A stretch of 64,000 nt of DNA from the human T2T-CHM13v2.0 reference genome, Homo sapiens. The stretch lies in assembly GCF_009914755.1 (NCBI RefSeq), contig NC_060944.1, one strand, 5' to 3'. Shown in pieces: positions 1 to 16,497 of the stretch. How positions within the stretch are numbered: position 1 is the first letter of the stretch; the number at the start of each line of letters is the position of its first letter. A program made the translations under genes and the position numbers. Below the pieces are notes generated by a model. That model had not been told where the DNA came from and searched no databases. It saw only the letters and a list, made by a program, of their open reading frames with translations.

Positions 1-370
1 GGCTAACATGTATGAGACAGAGAATGGGAATTTGGAAAGTCTGTTTCTGGCCTTGTCATTGGTTGCAAGGTGGTCATCTGTCAGTTTTATCTAGTAAACT
101 TTCCCAGAACACAAAAGGGTAGGGGTAATTTCTTGACTGTGGCTCTTTCCAAGAATACAGAGTTCAGGTGAGTTTCAGTGTTATCTCCAGGTTTCCTTTG
201 GTGATAATAAATTCACAGAGAATAGTAGGAAAGTGCATTGGCAGGTGAACAGAAGGGTCTAATGGAGAACTGAAACATTGTTCAAGGATATTGTACAGCT
301 CTGGCAATTTAGCAGAAAGTTCAGAATACCGGTCAGCTTGTTGTTCCCTTAGAATTGGGTATCAGTTACA

Positions 371-718
<348 letters not shown>

Positions 719-1050
719 TCAGTTTTCTCCTTTTCTTCTTCTGATGCTTCTGCACTTCCTTTCTCCTTTGCTGCTTCTGCTGCCTGTCTAAAATGTAAAA
801 GTCTTCTTGAGAGAGGAGGCTGGGTCATTTAATTGCCACCCAATATGACTCACTCCTTCATCCTCAGGTTACCTCATAGGGTACAGGTCTCTCTTATATG
901 TAGTATCTATGGATTGCTCATTTGTGGCCCTGGGTATCAAGATGCTTTCTCTGTCCCGTGGGGCCTCTGGGGGAAGACAGGCCCTTAGAAAGGGTCTCAG
1001 GAAGTCCTCTCCTGTAGTTTTAATAAGATATCACTATAGCTAGTAATTTA

Positions 1051-1745
<695 letters not shown>

Positions 1746-3140
1746 ACTATCAGCCTTCCTGTGTGTTCTTGTAATTTCTAGCCATTACTCTTAGTTCTGT
1801 CCTGAGGAAGTACAATTGATCATATCTACTTCCTTTTTAAATACTTGAAGATCACTCTCACAAGTTTTCTCCTTCTTGTTATTAAGATAACATTGAATTT
1901 GCCACGTTAGCACACACTTAATACAGTAATAATGGTCTTTGTTGGATTTTGCTGTCTTCCCATGGAAGCCACACACTAGTGCCATTTTCTCTTTTTGTGT
2001 CAACTCCCCAAGCAATGTCATCTCCTTCTTAAAAATATTTAATACTGTGTATTTGTTAAATTGAATTATTTAATATGTATGATTGAATTTGTAGATCTCT
2101 GACTAATAGGACATTCAGCATTGGAAACGACACAGTGAACCAGTTGGCTCTGGTGTTTTTTATCTGATCAATTAATACAAATATTTTGGGAGTAATTATT
2201 GAAATAAATGGTGCAAAACAGAAGAACATCATTAACTACCTCATCACTATTTTGTTCTTTTAAATATTATTATCTTGCTCTTGCCTAAATGTATAATTTT
2301 TCATAGCTGCTGCATAATATATAAGGGTATGATGAATTTATATGAAGACAGGCAGCAACTTTTGCTTACTCCCAAAACGATTTGGTAATTTTAGCTCACC
2401 TCTCTGGTTGTGATGATTGTAATTTGGCCATGTTTTGCATCTCACAAGGATAGTCTCATCAGGAAGATCCCAGGTAGATAGAAAAGGGATGCCAAGTGAA
2501 TATACACTGTAATGGCTCTATTTACAGCTTTCTACTGTGCAGTTTGTTTGCCTGGTGTGGAAGGAGTGGAACAGCTGTTAACTTTTCAGGTGAACAAGAC
2601 AACATGGCAGGAAACTATAGAGCTGCCTCTACTGAGAGGGGGAGTGAAAAACAGTACCCCTAGTCACTATGCCAAAGCAGCCCAGTTGTCACCTCCTATT
2701 AGACTTCTGAAGTTCTCATGACCATATTAGTACATTGGAACACCTGGTCTTAGTTGCTATGAATGAAATGATTTCATATTTTAAACTTATTTCTAATAAA
2801 GTGTTTTTTGAACTACCTTAACCTCTTTAAATGTGACCCAGGGTGGACTTCTTGTGTATTATATTCTTCTCTCTAGGAAATTATGCATATTTAGTATGTT
2901 TTAATAAAACAGATTTTGCAGGCATTATAGTACACAGGGCAGTAGCACAAGTTTAGAGTTAGGCAGACCTGGGTTCAAAATTCAGGTTATCATAACCAAG
3001 GCCATTTTTTATTTAAACTTTTTATTTTGAAATAATGATAGAAAAGACAAAAATAACACAGAGTCCTATGAACCCTGTGTAAACTTCTCCCAATGGTGGC
3101 TTTGTATATAGCTATAGTACAATATCAAAAGCAGATTTTA

Positions 3141-3340
3141 AAAAATAATTTATTTTAGTTTCAGGGAGTGCTTGTATACTTGTTACATGGTATATTGCAT
3201 AATGCTGAAGTTTGGGGTATGACTGATCCTGTCACCTAGGTAATGAGCATAGTACTCAATGGTTACTTTTTCAACCTTGCCCTTTCTTTTCCTTCCCCCT
3301 TATTAGTGTTGCCATTTTTATGTCCATGTTTACCCAATGT
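3141..3340 (-). mobile_element. L1PA16/L1PB-like short 3' end
   Basis: TGTTACATGGTATATTGCATAATGCTGAAGTTTGGGGTATGACTGATCCTGTCACC; flanked by CAATATCAAAAGCAGA / CAATGTCAAAAACCGA. Confidence 0.75.
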
Positions 3341-3549
3341 CAAAAACCGAAAATTGATATTGTTACATTACTGTTGTCTAGACTACAGACTTTATTCAGT
3401 TTTAACAATTTTTAAACTTGCATTCATGTGAATGTGTGTATATATGTGTGTAGTTCTTTGTAGTTGTATTTAATGAATAGATTCATGTGACCACCACCAC
3501 AATCTAGATACAGAACTATTCCATTATCATAAAAGAACTCCCTCATGCT

Positions 3550-3870
<321 letters not shown>

Positions 3871-3959
3871 TTATATCCACCCATCTGCCTCCCTTCCTGT
3901 TTTCCATCTCTAAGGTTTTATCATTTTTAGAATGGAATATAATTCTAAAAATACATAAT

Positions 3960-4897
3960 CAATAATGCTGCAGTGAACATGGCAGTACCGATATCCCTTT
4001 GACATACTTTTCAGTTTCTTTGGATACCTAGAAGTAGAATCAACAGATCATATGGCAGTTTTATTTTTAGCTTGTTGAGGAACCTCCATGGTGTTTTCCT
4101 CTGTTAACTTACGTTCCCAACAGTGTGCGGGAGTTCTCTTTTCTCTGCATCCTCACCAACACTTGTTAGCTTTCAACATGACAAAAGCCATTCCAACAGG
4201 TGTGAAATGATATCTCATTGTGGTTTCCATTTGTGCTTCCCTAATGATTAGTGGTGCTGAGCATTTTTTTTCATGTACTTGTTGGTCATTTGTGTGTCTT
4301 CTTCTGAGAAATGTCTGTTCAGATCCTTTGCCTGATTTTTAATGGGGTTATTTGTTTTCTTGCTGTTGAGTTCTTTAAGTTCTTTATATATTTTGGCTAT
4401 TAATTCCTTTTCAGATGTATTTTTTGCAAATATTTTCTCCCATTTTGTGGGTTGTCTCTTCACTTTGTTAATTGTTTGCTGGGCAGAAGTTTTTTAGTTT
4501 GAGGCTGTCCCATTTGTCTGTTTTTGCTTTCATTGCCACAGAAATTGAACTTACAGTAGAGAGTATGGTTACCAGAGGCTGGAGGGGGATTGGAGGAAGG
4601 AAATGGGGAGTTGTTGATCAAAAGTTTCAAAGTTTTAGATATACAGGAGGAATAGGTTTTGAGATTTATCTCATAGCAGGGTGACTGTAATAAATAATAA
4701 TGTATTATATATTTCAAAATAACTAAGGAAGTAAATCGCAAATGTCTCACCATAAAGAATGATAGATAAGTGAGGTGATGGATGTGTTAATTAGCTTGGT
4801 TTAATCATCCACACTGTGTATATATATATCAAAACATCACATTGTACCTCATAAACGTATACAATGATTGGTCAATCAAAATAATAATAATAATAAA
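3960..4897 (+). mobile_element. L1MA8-like element with inverted 5' part (twin-priming structure)
   Basis: 3960-4537 antisense ORF2 C-terminus (ORF 4248-4463 [13 protein letters not shown]...); 4538-4897 sense 3'UTR ending in an (AAT)n tail. Confidence 0.8.
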
Positions 4898-5894
4898 GTC
4901 ATGTAAATAGAATCATACAGCATGTAATCTTTTAAGGTTGCCTTTTTTCACTAAATATAATGCTCTGAGGGCCATTCAGATTGTATTAATGAATTAATGA
5001 ATTTATTTATTAATTCAGTAATTGTTCATTCCTTTTTATTGTTGAGTAGTGGTTCATTGTATGGATGTACCAGAGTTTGTTCAACCATTCACCCATTGAG
5101 GGACATTTGGATTCTTTTCAGTATTTTGCTGTTACCGATAAAGCTTTTATGAACATTTATGTACATGTTTTTATATGACCATACATTTTTGTTTCTCTGG
5201 GATAGACATCCAAGAATGTGATTACTAGGTTACATGTAAGTGCATGTTTAGTTTTGTAAGAAACTGCTAAACTGTTTTTCATAGTAGTTGTACCATTTTA
5301 CATTCTTACCAGCAATGTGTGATAGGTTCAGTTTTTCTACATCCTTGCCAGCATTTGGTGGTATAATTATTTCTTATTTATTTTAGCTGTTGTAATAGGT
5401 GTGTGTTAATAGCTAATCATGTTTTTTGATATTTATTTTTTATTTTTAAATTTTTTTCTCTGCTGTTTGAATCAGCATCATCATTATTTTAATTTGTGTT
5501 TCCCCAAAGGTTAATTATGTCAAACACCTCTCCATATGCTTATTTGCCACCTGTATGTCTTTTTGGTGAAATATCAGTTCATATCTTTTGCCATTTTGTA
5601 ATGGGTCTCAGTGATATTTGTGAATTTTGGGCATTTTTATTTTTTAAGGCCCCACCCTAAATCATATTGATATATACTGAAATATACTACAGCCCACATC
5701 CAAAACAGTCCATACTTAGTTGGATGATAGTTAATTAGTTAATATAATGGCATGTTTTGTAGATATTTAGGTAAACATTAATTTTGATTTTGTACTTTTC
5801 ATATTTTGGAAACCTAAATTATCTTTTTCTAGGCTCTTGAAAAGCTTTTTGGTATTATGCTCATAGTACTAATTATAAACTGCCCTGCTGACAT

Positions 5895-6058
5895 CAGCTT
5901 GATTGGGCAAATTATTCAACCCTTTAATCCTCACTTTTGAAATCTATAAATAGGGATAATACTAGTAATTAAGATCAGACAGATGTTGTAAATAATGTGT
6001 GAAAAATACGTAGCACAGTTCTCGCACAAAATATGTACTTGGTATAGTTTAGCTATGG
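5895..6058 (+). mobile_element. MIR fragment
   Basis: TTGGGCAAATTATTCAACC...ATCTATAAATAGGGATAAT...TAGCACAGT core similarity. Confidence 0.65.
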
Positions 6059-6345
6059 TATTTATTTTTGTATGGCTACTGAATGGATTTAATACTACTG
6101 CTGTCTTTTCTGAGAGAACTCAGGTTAGTAGAGGAAACGGAGGATATCTTCTGTGTTAAGCATTGAGATTTTCCATTATTCAGAGCCAGTTTTCCGCTGA
6201 AAAGCACTGGTGCTCAAGCTAGAGCAGCTGCTTTCTTCCTGAGCAGTTTTCAAAATTCCACATATTTTTATATGGATTTGTCTAGTTACTAATATATAAT
6301 TGACACTTACCTGTATGTACTTTTAGTTTGACTCTATTTTACCTT

Positions 6346-6642
6346 ATTTTTTAAAGACAGGAATCTCACTCTGTCACTCAGGCTGGAATACAGTGGCATA
6401 ATCATAGCTCAATGCAGGCTTGAGCTCCTGAGCTCAGGCCATCTTCCTGCCTCAGCCTCCCAAGTGCTAGGACTACAAGCACGTGCCACCATGCCTGGCT
6501 AATTAAACTTTTTTTTTTTTTCTGTAGAGACAGCATCCTGCTATGTTTCCTAGGGTGGTCTTGAACTCCTAGCTTCAAGCGATCCTACTACCTAGACCTC
6601 TCAAAGTACTGGGATTATAGGTGTGAGCCACCTTGCCTGGCC
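6346..6642 (-). mobile_element. AluJ
   Basis: Antisense Alu with J-type ATCATAGCTCAATGCAG...GAGCTCAGG; highly diverged. Confidence 0.9.
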
Positions 6643-6959
6643 TTTGTTTTGATTCTGGTTTTAAATAAAGTACAACTGTCTGTACAAAAAAGAGGTGTTT
6701 TCAGAACTAGATTGTCTATACGTGATGTTCAGATTCTGCCTCACAAAGCAGTATTTTTGTAGAAAAAAATTCAGTATTTACTATGAGTAAAAGTCACACT
6801 TTAAAATCAGTTACCTCATGGGGATGCTTGAAAATATTTTGGTACATATGCTTAGCTCTTTACGGTTAAACAAACAGATTTTCAAATGCTGCCTAAATAG
6901 AGGAGTAAGAAACACTCATTTGACAAAAAAAAAAACCCCAAAAATAAACAAAAAAACCC

Positions 6960-7390
6960 CAGGAAAATGTATTGAGTGCTTATTATCAGTTAAGAACTAG
7001 GTTGAACAGTGGAGGTAAAGACAAGTAAGTAAACAGTTGCTGTACAGCAGGATGAAGTGTTTATTAGAGCCACGTCCAAGGTGCCATGGGCAAATAGAGA
7101 AAAGCAAACAACTCAAGAAAGCAGGTGAGTGTATATTGCACTTAGGAAACCACATGTGGCTGAGTGTGCTTGGAGCAAATACAGGCAGAGGCCAGATCAT
7201 GAAGTGCTTTGTATGTCACTTTGAGGGCTGAGGTTTTTTTTTTTAAAATTTTTTTTTTATTTTTTAGAAGATGGGGAGTTTTTGAAAACATTTTTAGGGA
7301 GGATATGTGTTAGAGAGATCCCTTTGGCTGCAGTGTGAAGGATAAATTGGGGAAGGATTAAGTTTAAGGGGGAGACTGGAAGCAGAAATG
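6960..7390 (-). mobile_element. L2 fragment
   Basis: GGCCAGATCATGAAGTGCTTTGTA...AGATCCCTTTGGCTGCAGTGTG is typical antisense L2. Confidence 0.65.
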
Positions 7391-7669
7391 AAACTATTTA
7401 ACTTTGTACTAAGTACTTCAGCTTAAATAAGTCTGATTTTTCCCCTCCTAGCTCATAATTGTAGCTGTTGCTTCTTCTGACTCTGCCCTCTTTAATGGTG
7501 GGATGATTCTTGGATGATTATGATTTGAATGCAGTTTGATTTGGAGTAACCTCGAAAAGCTTAAGTCTATTGTGACTGGATTAGAGCAGACAAATAGAAT
7601 CAAAGTGTATTTGTTCTTTCAACAACTTTCTTGAATTCTCAATTTGTACATATGACATATCAAGACACT

Positions 7670-8430
7670 GCTAATCTGGCTTCTGCTAAACTGTTTTCAT
7701 TAAAACTGTTCTCACCAACGTCACCATAACCTCTTTTTCTTGAAGTAATGGGCCCTTTTTTGATCCTTGTTTTCCTGGATCTCTCTGTAGTATACAATAC
7801 TGTTGACTACTTCATCCTTGAATGTTAATTTTCCTTTAGCTTCAGTGACACATTTGGTAGTCTCCTCTCCTTAGCTATACAGCCATAACCTTCATTTAAA
7901 TCACATTATTTCTTACCTAGACTATTGCAGTACACTCCTGAATGCTTTACTTGCAAACTCACCTACTCTCCAGATGCAGACAAAATTATCTTTCTCACAT
8001 TACTTCTCTGTACAGCCACCTTTAGTTGCTCCCCATGGCCCATAAGATTAAGGGCAAACTTAGTGTGTCAAACAAGACTTGCTTCAATATCCCTGCCTTG
8101 CCAGTCTCCAGTCCACCAGTCTCTTGCCACTGACCTGCAATTTTTTCTGTCCCCCACCGTTTTTCTCATTTCTCCCTCCCACCCACTTTCTCTTTCCCCC
8201 TTTTCCTCCTGGGCTTTGCACAAGCTGCTGCCTCTACCTAAAATATTACTTCTCTAAAGAGTTTCCCTTCCTAGCAGTTCCTGCCTCAGTCTTTCAGCAT
8301 GCCAGATGTTTCATCTCCTACTGGAAGCGTGGATTCCCCTCCATCCTTCCAATCTTGAATGAGTGTCAGTACTATGGGTTCCTTAGCTTTATACACTTCT
8401 GCTAGCATAGCACATAATCTAATATCAGTT
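7670..8430 (+). mobile_element. L2 fragment
   Basis: AAACTGTTCTCACCAACGTCACC, CTGGATCTCTCTGTAG, CTAGACTATTGCAG sense L2 ORF2 motifs. Confidence 0.7.
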
Positions 8431-8719
8431 CACTTATGAAGGCCACCGAAATGATTTGGATACATTTGCTTATAAAGGCTTTATAAGATTTTTACCAAAA
8501 TGAAATCACAAAATTAAAAAAAAATTGTGGGAAACTTGAAGATCCCCAAGATCTTCAGATGCCAGTGTGAGAAACACAGCCATAGAGGATAGGAAATGTA
8601 GGACTCAAGTGAGAGACTGGAATTAAAGACATAGATTAAGTTAGCATATTAATTTTATAAATATGATTGGTAAGAGGTATTGAGAGCTAAATGTGCTAAA
8701 TTGTTATGATAACCTAAGA

Positions 8720-8830
8720 GGCATATTTAACAGATGAAGAAACATAGCCACGGAGAGGTTAAGTGATTCACCTCTGGTTATACAGCCAGTAAGTAGATCT
8801 AGAGCTTGTGTTCCTAGCATCTTTCCTGTT
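8720..8830 (-). mobile_element. MIR fragment
   Basis: ACAGATGAAGAAAC...AGAGGTTAAGTGA core. Confidence 0.7.
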
Positions 8831-9619
8831 GAATTCTTTCATACAGAAGCTATGATACCATCCTAAGCCATCTATCTATATTAAATATAGATAATTCCTT
8901 AGTTGACCTTTTGGCTCTTGGAACACTATCAACCAATATGTGATATCAGGAGTTTTTATTAAAAGCATGTAGTAATTATCATCTCTATTAAATAATACCT
9001 CATGTTTTAGTCCTTCTCTGGGAATTTAACAACCACATCTTGTTTGAATTGACTATAGGTCAGTTAGTGAAGTGCTGACAGTCTGAGCAGGTCTGGAAAC
9101 ATGGCCTACTGAAGTGTAGTTGACCTGCCTTTGACAGTTCATTGTAACTTTGGAAGGATTATATCCAAATATTTTAAATGCAAAAGAAAAATGTTACCTT
9201 GCTCACTGTGCAGGAATAGTAAACAATAAGATCATTCCTCTTCTTTTCAAATTTTTTGGAAGTGTTTAATTTACTAGTATGTAGGACAGAACGTATTTAC
9301 AATCAGGTCTAGATAGGTATAAATAAAAGGATGAATTAAGGTTAAAAATGTCTGTGGGTCCTAGTAAATTATATTGGCACACTTTTGGACTGAGAGTGGA
9401 TTATTTTTTCTCCACGTACAGATGGATTCTCCATGTACAGAAGAGATAGACCTGGAAGCAAATAGATACAGTTCATTGTGTATAAAGTATGTATCGAGTA
9501 CTCTTTGTTGATGCAAAGAGAGTTAGTAAATTATTTGTTTTGATCTAATTCCTGTGATGAATAAATTGTAATTTTGAGTCAGAATTAATTTTCAGGACCT
9601 AGATATAAGTTATTTTACC

Positions 9620-9917
9620 TTTTTTTTTTTTTTTTTTTTGAGACAGAGTCTTGCTCTGTCACCCAGGTTGGAGTGCAGTGGCACAATCTCCGCTCACCAC
9701 AATATCCTCCTCCCCAGTTCGAGGGATTCTCATGCCTCAGCTTACTGAGTAGCTGGGATTACAGGCAGGCAGCACCACACCTGGCTAACTTTTTTGTATT
9801 TTTAGTAGAAATGGGGTTTTGCCATGTTGGCCAAACTGGTCTCAAACTCCTGGCCTAAAGTGATCTGCCCATCCGGCCTCCAAAAAGGATTGCAGGTGTG
9901 AGCTACTGCACCTGGCT
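9620..9917 (-). mobile_element. Alu (AluS-type)
   Basis: Poly-T then GAGACAGAGTCTTGCTCTGTCACCCAGG...CACCTGGCT. Confidence 0.92.
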
Positions 9918-10789
9918 AGTTTTAAAAACAGTCTTTGCATATATGCCATATGGTCAGGGATTTTATTAGTTCCTTACCTTGTTTGAGCCATAGAGCTAAG
10001 AACATACTTGGTCCCTTATCTTAACATTGCATGTCCTAAATTGTGTTTTGAGAGAGGATAACAGATGCATCTACTAATCTTTGGCCTCCTGTCTTTCTCC
10101 CTTCTTGACATTTACACACAAACTTTGCCCATGGGAAGTTTAGTGCCTTTCCTAGATTTCTGAGGATTTGTTTTGAGGATGCTTACATTTTCATGATTGC
10201 TTCTTTCTCTGTAATATGGTTCTAGTAAATTTCCGATGGCCACAGTTTCCTCCTTATTTCTTGCCATTGCTGTTTTCTCTGTCTTCCCTGCAGGCTTCAT
10301 CCCACACTTAGAACAACCCAATATTTCCTCTATTTCCCAAAGCACTACTAATATTATGGGTAGTAGGTGTGTACTGTAATTTAAGGGTTCATCAAACAGG
10401 CCTGCCATCTTAATGTAGCTGCATATAGGATTATCTGTTTACAGTGACTAGGTCCTTGTATAGTCTTATACCAAACCCATTGGTCAAAGAGCTTTGGTCT
10501 TTTCTAGAGCTTGGGGATAAATACATCCATCTGATTTATGGTTCAGTATGTCATTAGAGACAATTTTACTTGTACTGTGCCACAATCACAGAAAAATATT
10601 TTGGAGAAGATAGATTGCAGGCTGTGTTATGAAAAACGAATGATAACTGTCTAATTGTAATTGGTTGGTTATAGCCAAAAATTAATTCAGTTTGTCAGAA
10701 AAGTGATTTTTAAAAATGGAAAGTGAAGAAAGTTGATTTATTTATTTTAGCTCTTCCTACCCCATACTACAAGGAGAGGCATATTTACA

Positions 10790-11390
10790 TTGTGATTAAT
10801 TATAGAGGACTTGGAGTCAGATCAATCATTATTTTAAATATGCCTATTCAACTTCCTGGCCAAATAACTCTGACAAATTATTTAACCTTTCTGAACCTCA
10901 GTTTTCTCATCAGCAAAATGGAGATAATACAGGTTGAATATTTCTTATCCAAAGGGCTAGAAGTGTTTCAGATTTTTTTTGGGTTTTGGAATATTTACAT
11001 ATACATAATGAGAAATCTTGGGGATGGGACCCAAGTCTAAACATGAAATTCATTTATGTTCATATACACCTTATACACATAGCCTGAAGGTATTTTTATA
11101 CAATATTTTAGAATACTTTTGTGCAATAAACAAAGTCTGTGTATGTTAAACTGTCAGGAAGCAAAGATGTCAAGTGTTGAATTTTCCACTCGTGGTGTCA
11201 TATTGGCACTTAAAAGCTTTTGGATTTTAGAGCATTTCGGATATTGGATTTTTGGACTAGGGATGTTCAACCTGTCGTAGAGCCTATTTCACAGGTCTGT
11301 TGTGAAAATCTAAAGAAATGATGGCCGTCTAAAGAGATACAAAGTACTTCACACAGTGCCTTATATACAGACACATCAGTAAATGGTAGC
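10790..11390 (+). mobile_element. MIR split by Tigger4b
   Basis: TTGGAGTCAGA...CTGAACCTCAGTTTTCTCATC..AAAATGGAGATAATA, then resumes with ACAGTGCC...CAGTAAATGGTAGC. Confidence 0.75.
10930..11274. mobile_element. Tigger4b/MER46-like non-autonomous DNA transposon
   Basis: TIRs CAGGTTGA...TCAACCTG after TA; internal GGGGATGGGACCCAAGTCTAAAC. Confidence 0.88.
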
Positions 11391-12139
11391 AGAATTATAC
11401 TCCTTAGTTTTAATATTTGAAAAAATTTTTATATGAATGTTACAAGGTAATTATGGGTGTTTTTCAAGTCCTGTACAAAGATATGTGTAAGACCAACTAA
11501 CAGGGTTTATTCTGTGTCCTTCAGCTTTAGCTGTGACAGTATTTACTTGAATTGCATTTAGGACAAGTTGTCCAATTCTGAAGTTTTATAATAAAAGCCA
11601 AGTTTTTATGACATTCTTGTAATTTGTATGAACCATTGACCAAGGAAAAGAATGGTTTTAGTGTACGTTAACAATGTGTTTTTACTACATTAGTTGTGAA
11701 TGTCATACTTGTGTCAAAAATTGAGATGATGTCATAAGATTGTATAGATAACCATTTAATAGCTGAGCATGATTTAAGAATAATTGATGTAGAATATATG
11801 AATTTTTATATAGGTAAATAACATATTAGGACTGCACAGGATGAAAGGAATTGTACTTATTAGAAATGTTTTATTCACCTCTACTTGCTTAAAATAAATG
11901 TTATTTTTATGTATTTGTTCAGTAAAACTGAAATGAAATAAGGCATATTTGAAGTTAGAATTTAAGTTATTGGGGAAATAAGGTTAATTTACTCTCTTAA
12001 ATATTTTAGGACACAATTAACAGTAACTACTTGATTCAGTTTGAAATTTCATCTCTACTAGCAAAGCATCAAAAGTCATCAAAGTCAAAAGTCATTTTGA
12101 CTTTTCACAAAGTTTTTGTATTATATATTTTTTCTCTTG

Positions 12140-13140
<1,001 letters not shown>

Positions 13141-13854
13141 AGATATACCATGATAAATCAAATTTGATAGCAGTTTGTAGCTAACAATCCATGTTAAGCC
13201 AGCATTTGTAAGTGAAGAAATAAAAAATGTAAATGTTATGGTCATATGGCCAAGGATAAGAAGATGGGGTTGTTTTATGTAGTTCCTATTGAGTTCATGA
13301 AAATACAAATGTATTTTTCTCCCATAGATGGCAACACTTAGGAACAAATAAACCATTGTATTATGAAGGTAATACTATTATTATTACTACTATCACTGTT
13401 AACCCTTCATCATATGGGAAGACAAAGGGAAAAAAGTTTTTGGAATGATATTCTCAAAACTACATTTGGAAAAAAAGGTAATTTTAGAAAAATGTCTCAG
13501 AAAGTCTATTTCCATATGTGAAATATTCCATAAAGCCTGTCATTTTGTTGAACATAGATATTTTAAAATCCTGCAGTATAATCTTAAAGTCACATTCAAA
13601 ATAGGTTGATATTAATAGTTTGCTTTTGCATCGTAGATATGCCTTATTAATAAATAAGATTCGTCTAATTTCTTATAGTATTAATAATTTAAAGATATAT
13701 CACATTAATTTTTTTCCAACTATAACACTGATGCATGTTTATTGAGAGAAAATATAGAATAGTATAAAGAAGTAAAATGTGTCAAATTTTACTATCCAGA
13801 AATAACCACTATTAATACTTGTTTTACATCCCTATAGGGGATTTTAGAGACTTT

Positions 13855-14160
13855 AAATATTATATATAGTATATATAAAAATATATATATTTTTTATTTT
13901 AAATATATATAAATATATATTTAAATGTATTTATATATTTATTTTAAATATATAAATATATAGTATATATACATTAATATATATAATATATATAAATATA
14001 ATATATAATATATAAAAATATAATCTATAATATATATTACATATTATATATTATATATGATATATAATCATATATCATATATAACATATATAATATAATA
14101 TAATATATATCATATATAATATATAAATAGTATATTTATTTTTGATTAATATAATCAAAA
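13855..14160. repeat. AT-rich (TA)n-like low-complexity island
   Basis: About 300 bp that is almost entirely A/T, in degenerate TATA units. Confidence 0.95.
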
Positions 14161-14532
14161 TTGACTTGACTTAAGTTAGTTCAAGAGTTTTGACATCTTT
14201 ACCGTATTGTCCTCCCATCTCGGACTGTGGCTGGTTGTTAGATTTATTTTATCTTTTCCCCCTGATATTTGTCAGTACAATTTTTTTATTATTTATTTTA
14301 TCTGATTATTTTGGTGATATAATCAATTTGATAATTGTCCACCTTACTGAAGTTAATTATAAAAACTTTTGAGTTGGTTCCCTTGGATTTTCTAGGCATA
14401 TACATTTTTATGCACACTGCTTCTCTGCCCTTTTTATTCCATTGGCTACCACATGGCAACAATATTAAATTAGTTATCATAAGGCATTCTTGATTATTCC
14501 CGATTTTATTGGGAATGACCATAGTATTTTGC

Positions 14533-14700
14533 AATTCATTCAATAAATATTTATTAAGTACCTACTATATGACAGGCATTATTTTAAATATGAGAGATAA
14601 AATGATGAGAAAAACAGTTATAATCTAAGCCCCTGAGTTTACAACCTAGTGGGAAATTGTGGTCAAAGAGTTATCTTAATAAATATAAAATTATAATTAT
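14533..14700 (-). mobile_element. L2 3' end
   Basis: ATTCATTCAATAAATATTTATTAAGTACCTACTAT terminal motif. Confidence 0.75.
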
Positions 14701-14932
14701 GTAAGTTTAGCGTTGATAGATTGGGGCTTTTGTTGTAAATTTCCTTTTAAATTTGGCTAATTATAAGGAAGCCTAAGTTTCCAACTATAAAGCATTTAGG
14801 TCCTTATTAGAGAGAGTTTGCCTGTTAGGAAAGTTGAAATGAAGTTAAAGTATTAATCACAATGAAATGGTTATTTTGTGTTTATAAGCAAAGACAAAAT
14901 AAAACCTAAACAGAAAAACCCACCTCATCTAT

Positions 14933-15093
14933 TTTTGACCCCTGTATCTCTGCTTTTAAGGGTCTATTCCCTGGAGTTAAATATTATAGTAACATAGTCT
15001 TCCAGGAGCTTTGTTTTGGTCTTTAAGAGAGACTAAAAGAAAAAAAAAACGTGAGACAACAGCTGCTTCGGCATTTATTCCATGTTATTTTGA
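14933..15093 (+). repeat. Copy 1 of a diverged ~160-bp local direct duplication
   Basis: Colinear shared blocks with 16498-16654: AGTTAAATA, TAGTAACA-AGTCTTCCAG, GTCTTT-AGAGAGACTAAAA, CTGCTT-GGCATTT-TTCCATGTT. Confidence 0.8.
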
Positions 15094-15188
15094 GTTTTTA
15101 AGCAAATAGACAAAATAAAACATCAATTTCTCTGCATGATTTCTTTAAACCTTTTGTGTTTTTTTCTTCTTGTTGACTGAGCACTTAA

Positions 15189-15557
<369 letters not shown>

Positions 15558-15980
15558 TTAATGAGTACTTTCATTGCTTCTGAAGAACTCAGAGGGACTC
15601 AAGAGCCTGTTGAGAAATTCATTATTAAAACTGTTAATTATAAAGTTACTGAAATTTCAGACTTCTTAATTTGGGATAACCATCTAAATAAACAATTAAC
15701 AGCTGGCTACAAACTACTTATAGAATGATACTGTTAAAGTTTGGGGGAGCAATAGTTCTTAGCATAGAAACAATAATGTTCAGAAACCACCTCCTGCCTC
15801 TCTGCAGATCCAACCCAATTTCCATTCAAACTAAGTCAGCCAAAGGGGAAAAAATGACTGCACACCATTCACTTCTTTTGTTTTCCCTCCTCTGCTATGC
15901 CAGAAATTGCTGGAAATTGTCCAAATCACCACTGTTGATAGCTGTCATTTAGTCAATCTGTGGGATATGTTTGAGTAGGT

Positions 15981-16094
15981 GATGGATGGGAATATATGAT
16001 ATAGGATGGGGATTGGGATATAGGATATATGGGGATATATGGGGATATAGGATGGGGATGGGAATATTTGGGGATATAGGATGTAGGATGGGGA
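15981..16094 (+). repeat. Degenerate (GGGATATAGGAT)n G-rich simple repeat
   Basis: Repeated GGGGATATA/GGATGGGG units. Confidence 0.85.
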
Positions 16095-16497
16095 AGAACT
16101 TTTTTTTTTGAAGTGGACTCTACACTGGTTATAGCTTCATGTTTGAGCTTCTAGCTATTAGGATCTCAGTGTCTTTTTAAAAATAGTGTGGGGATAGACA
16201 GAAAACAGCATTTCTATGAGGATGGAGTGAAAGAACAAATGAACATGAGCTTTTGTAATGTGTTAAATTATCATTTTTTGTTGTTATTTAGCCCTGCATC
16301 TCAGCGTCTTTTTCTTCAATCTGACTTATCACTTTGTTTTTCTGATCTATATTTTTTTTTTCTGAAGGAATTTGTGCAGTCAAACTAAACATTAAATCCT
16401 TCAAGGAATTAGAAGATAATTCTCAAGAGAAAATAATTGCCAGGGAGATGGATGGTTGCCAACAAATTCCCTTCTGAGTTTATTTTTTTGTTTTCCT

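Noticed and set aside
160-175. Strong donor-like CAG/GTGAGT (also at ~7125) and possible small exon at 55447-55498
   Set aside because: No recognisable coding frame or matched splice pair; isolated motifs are common
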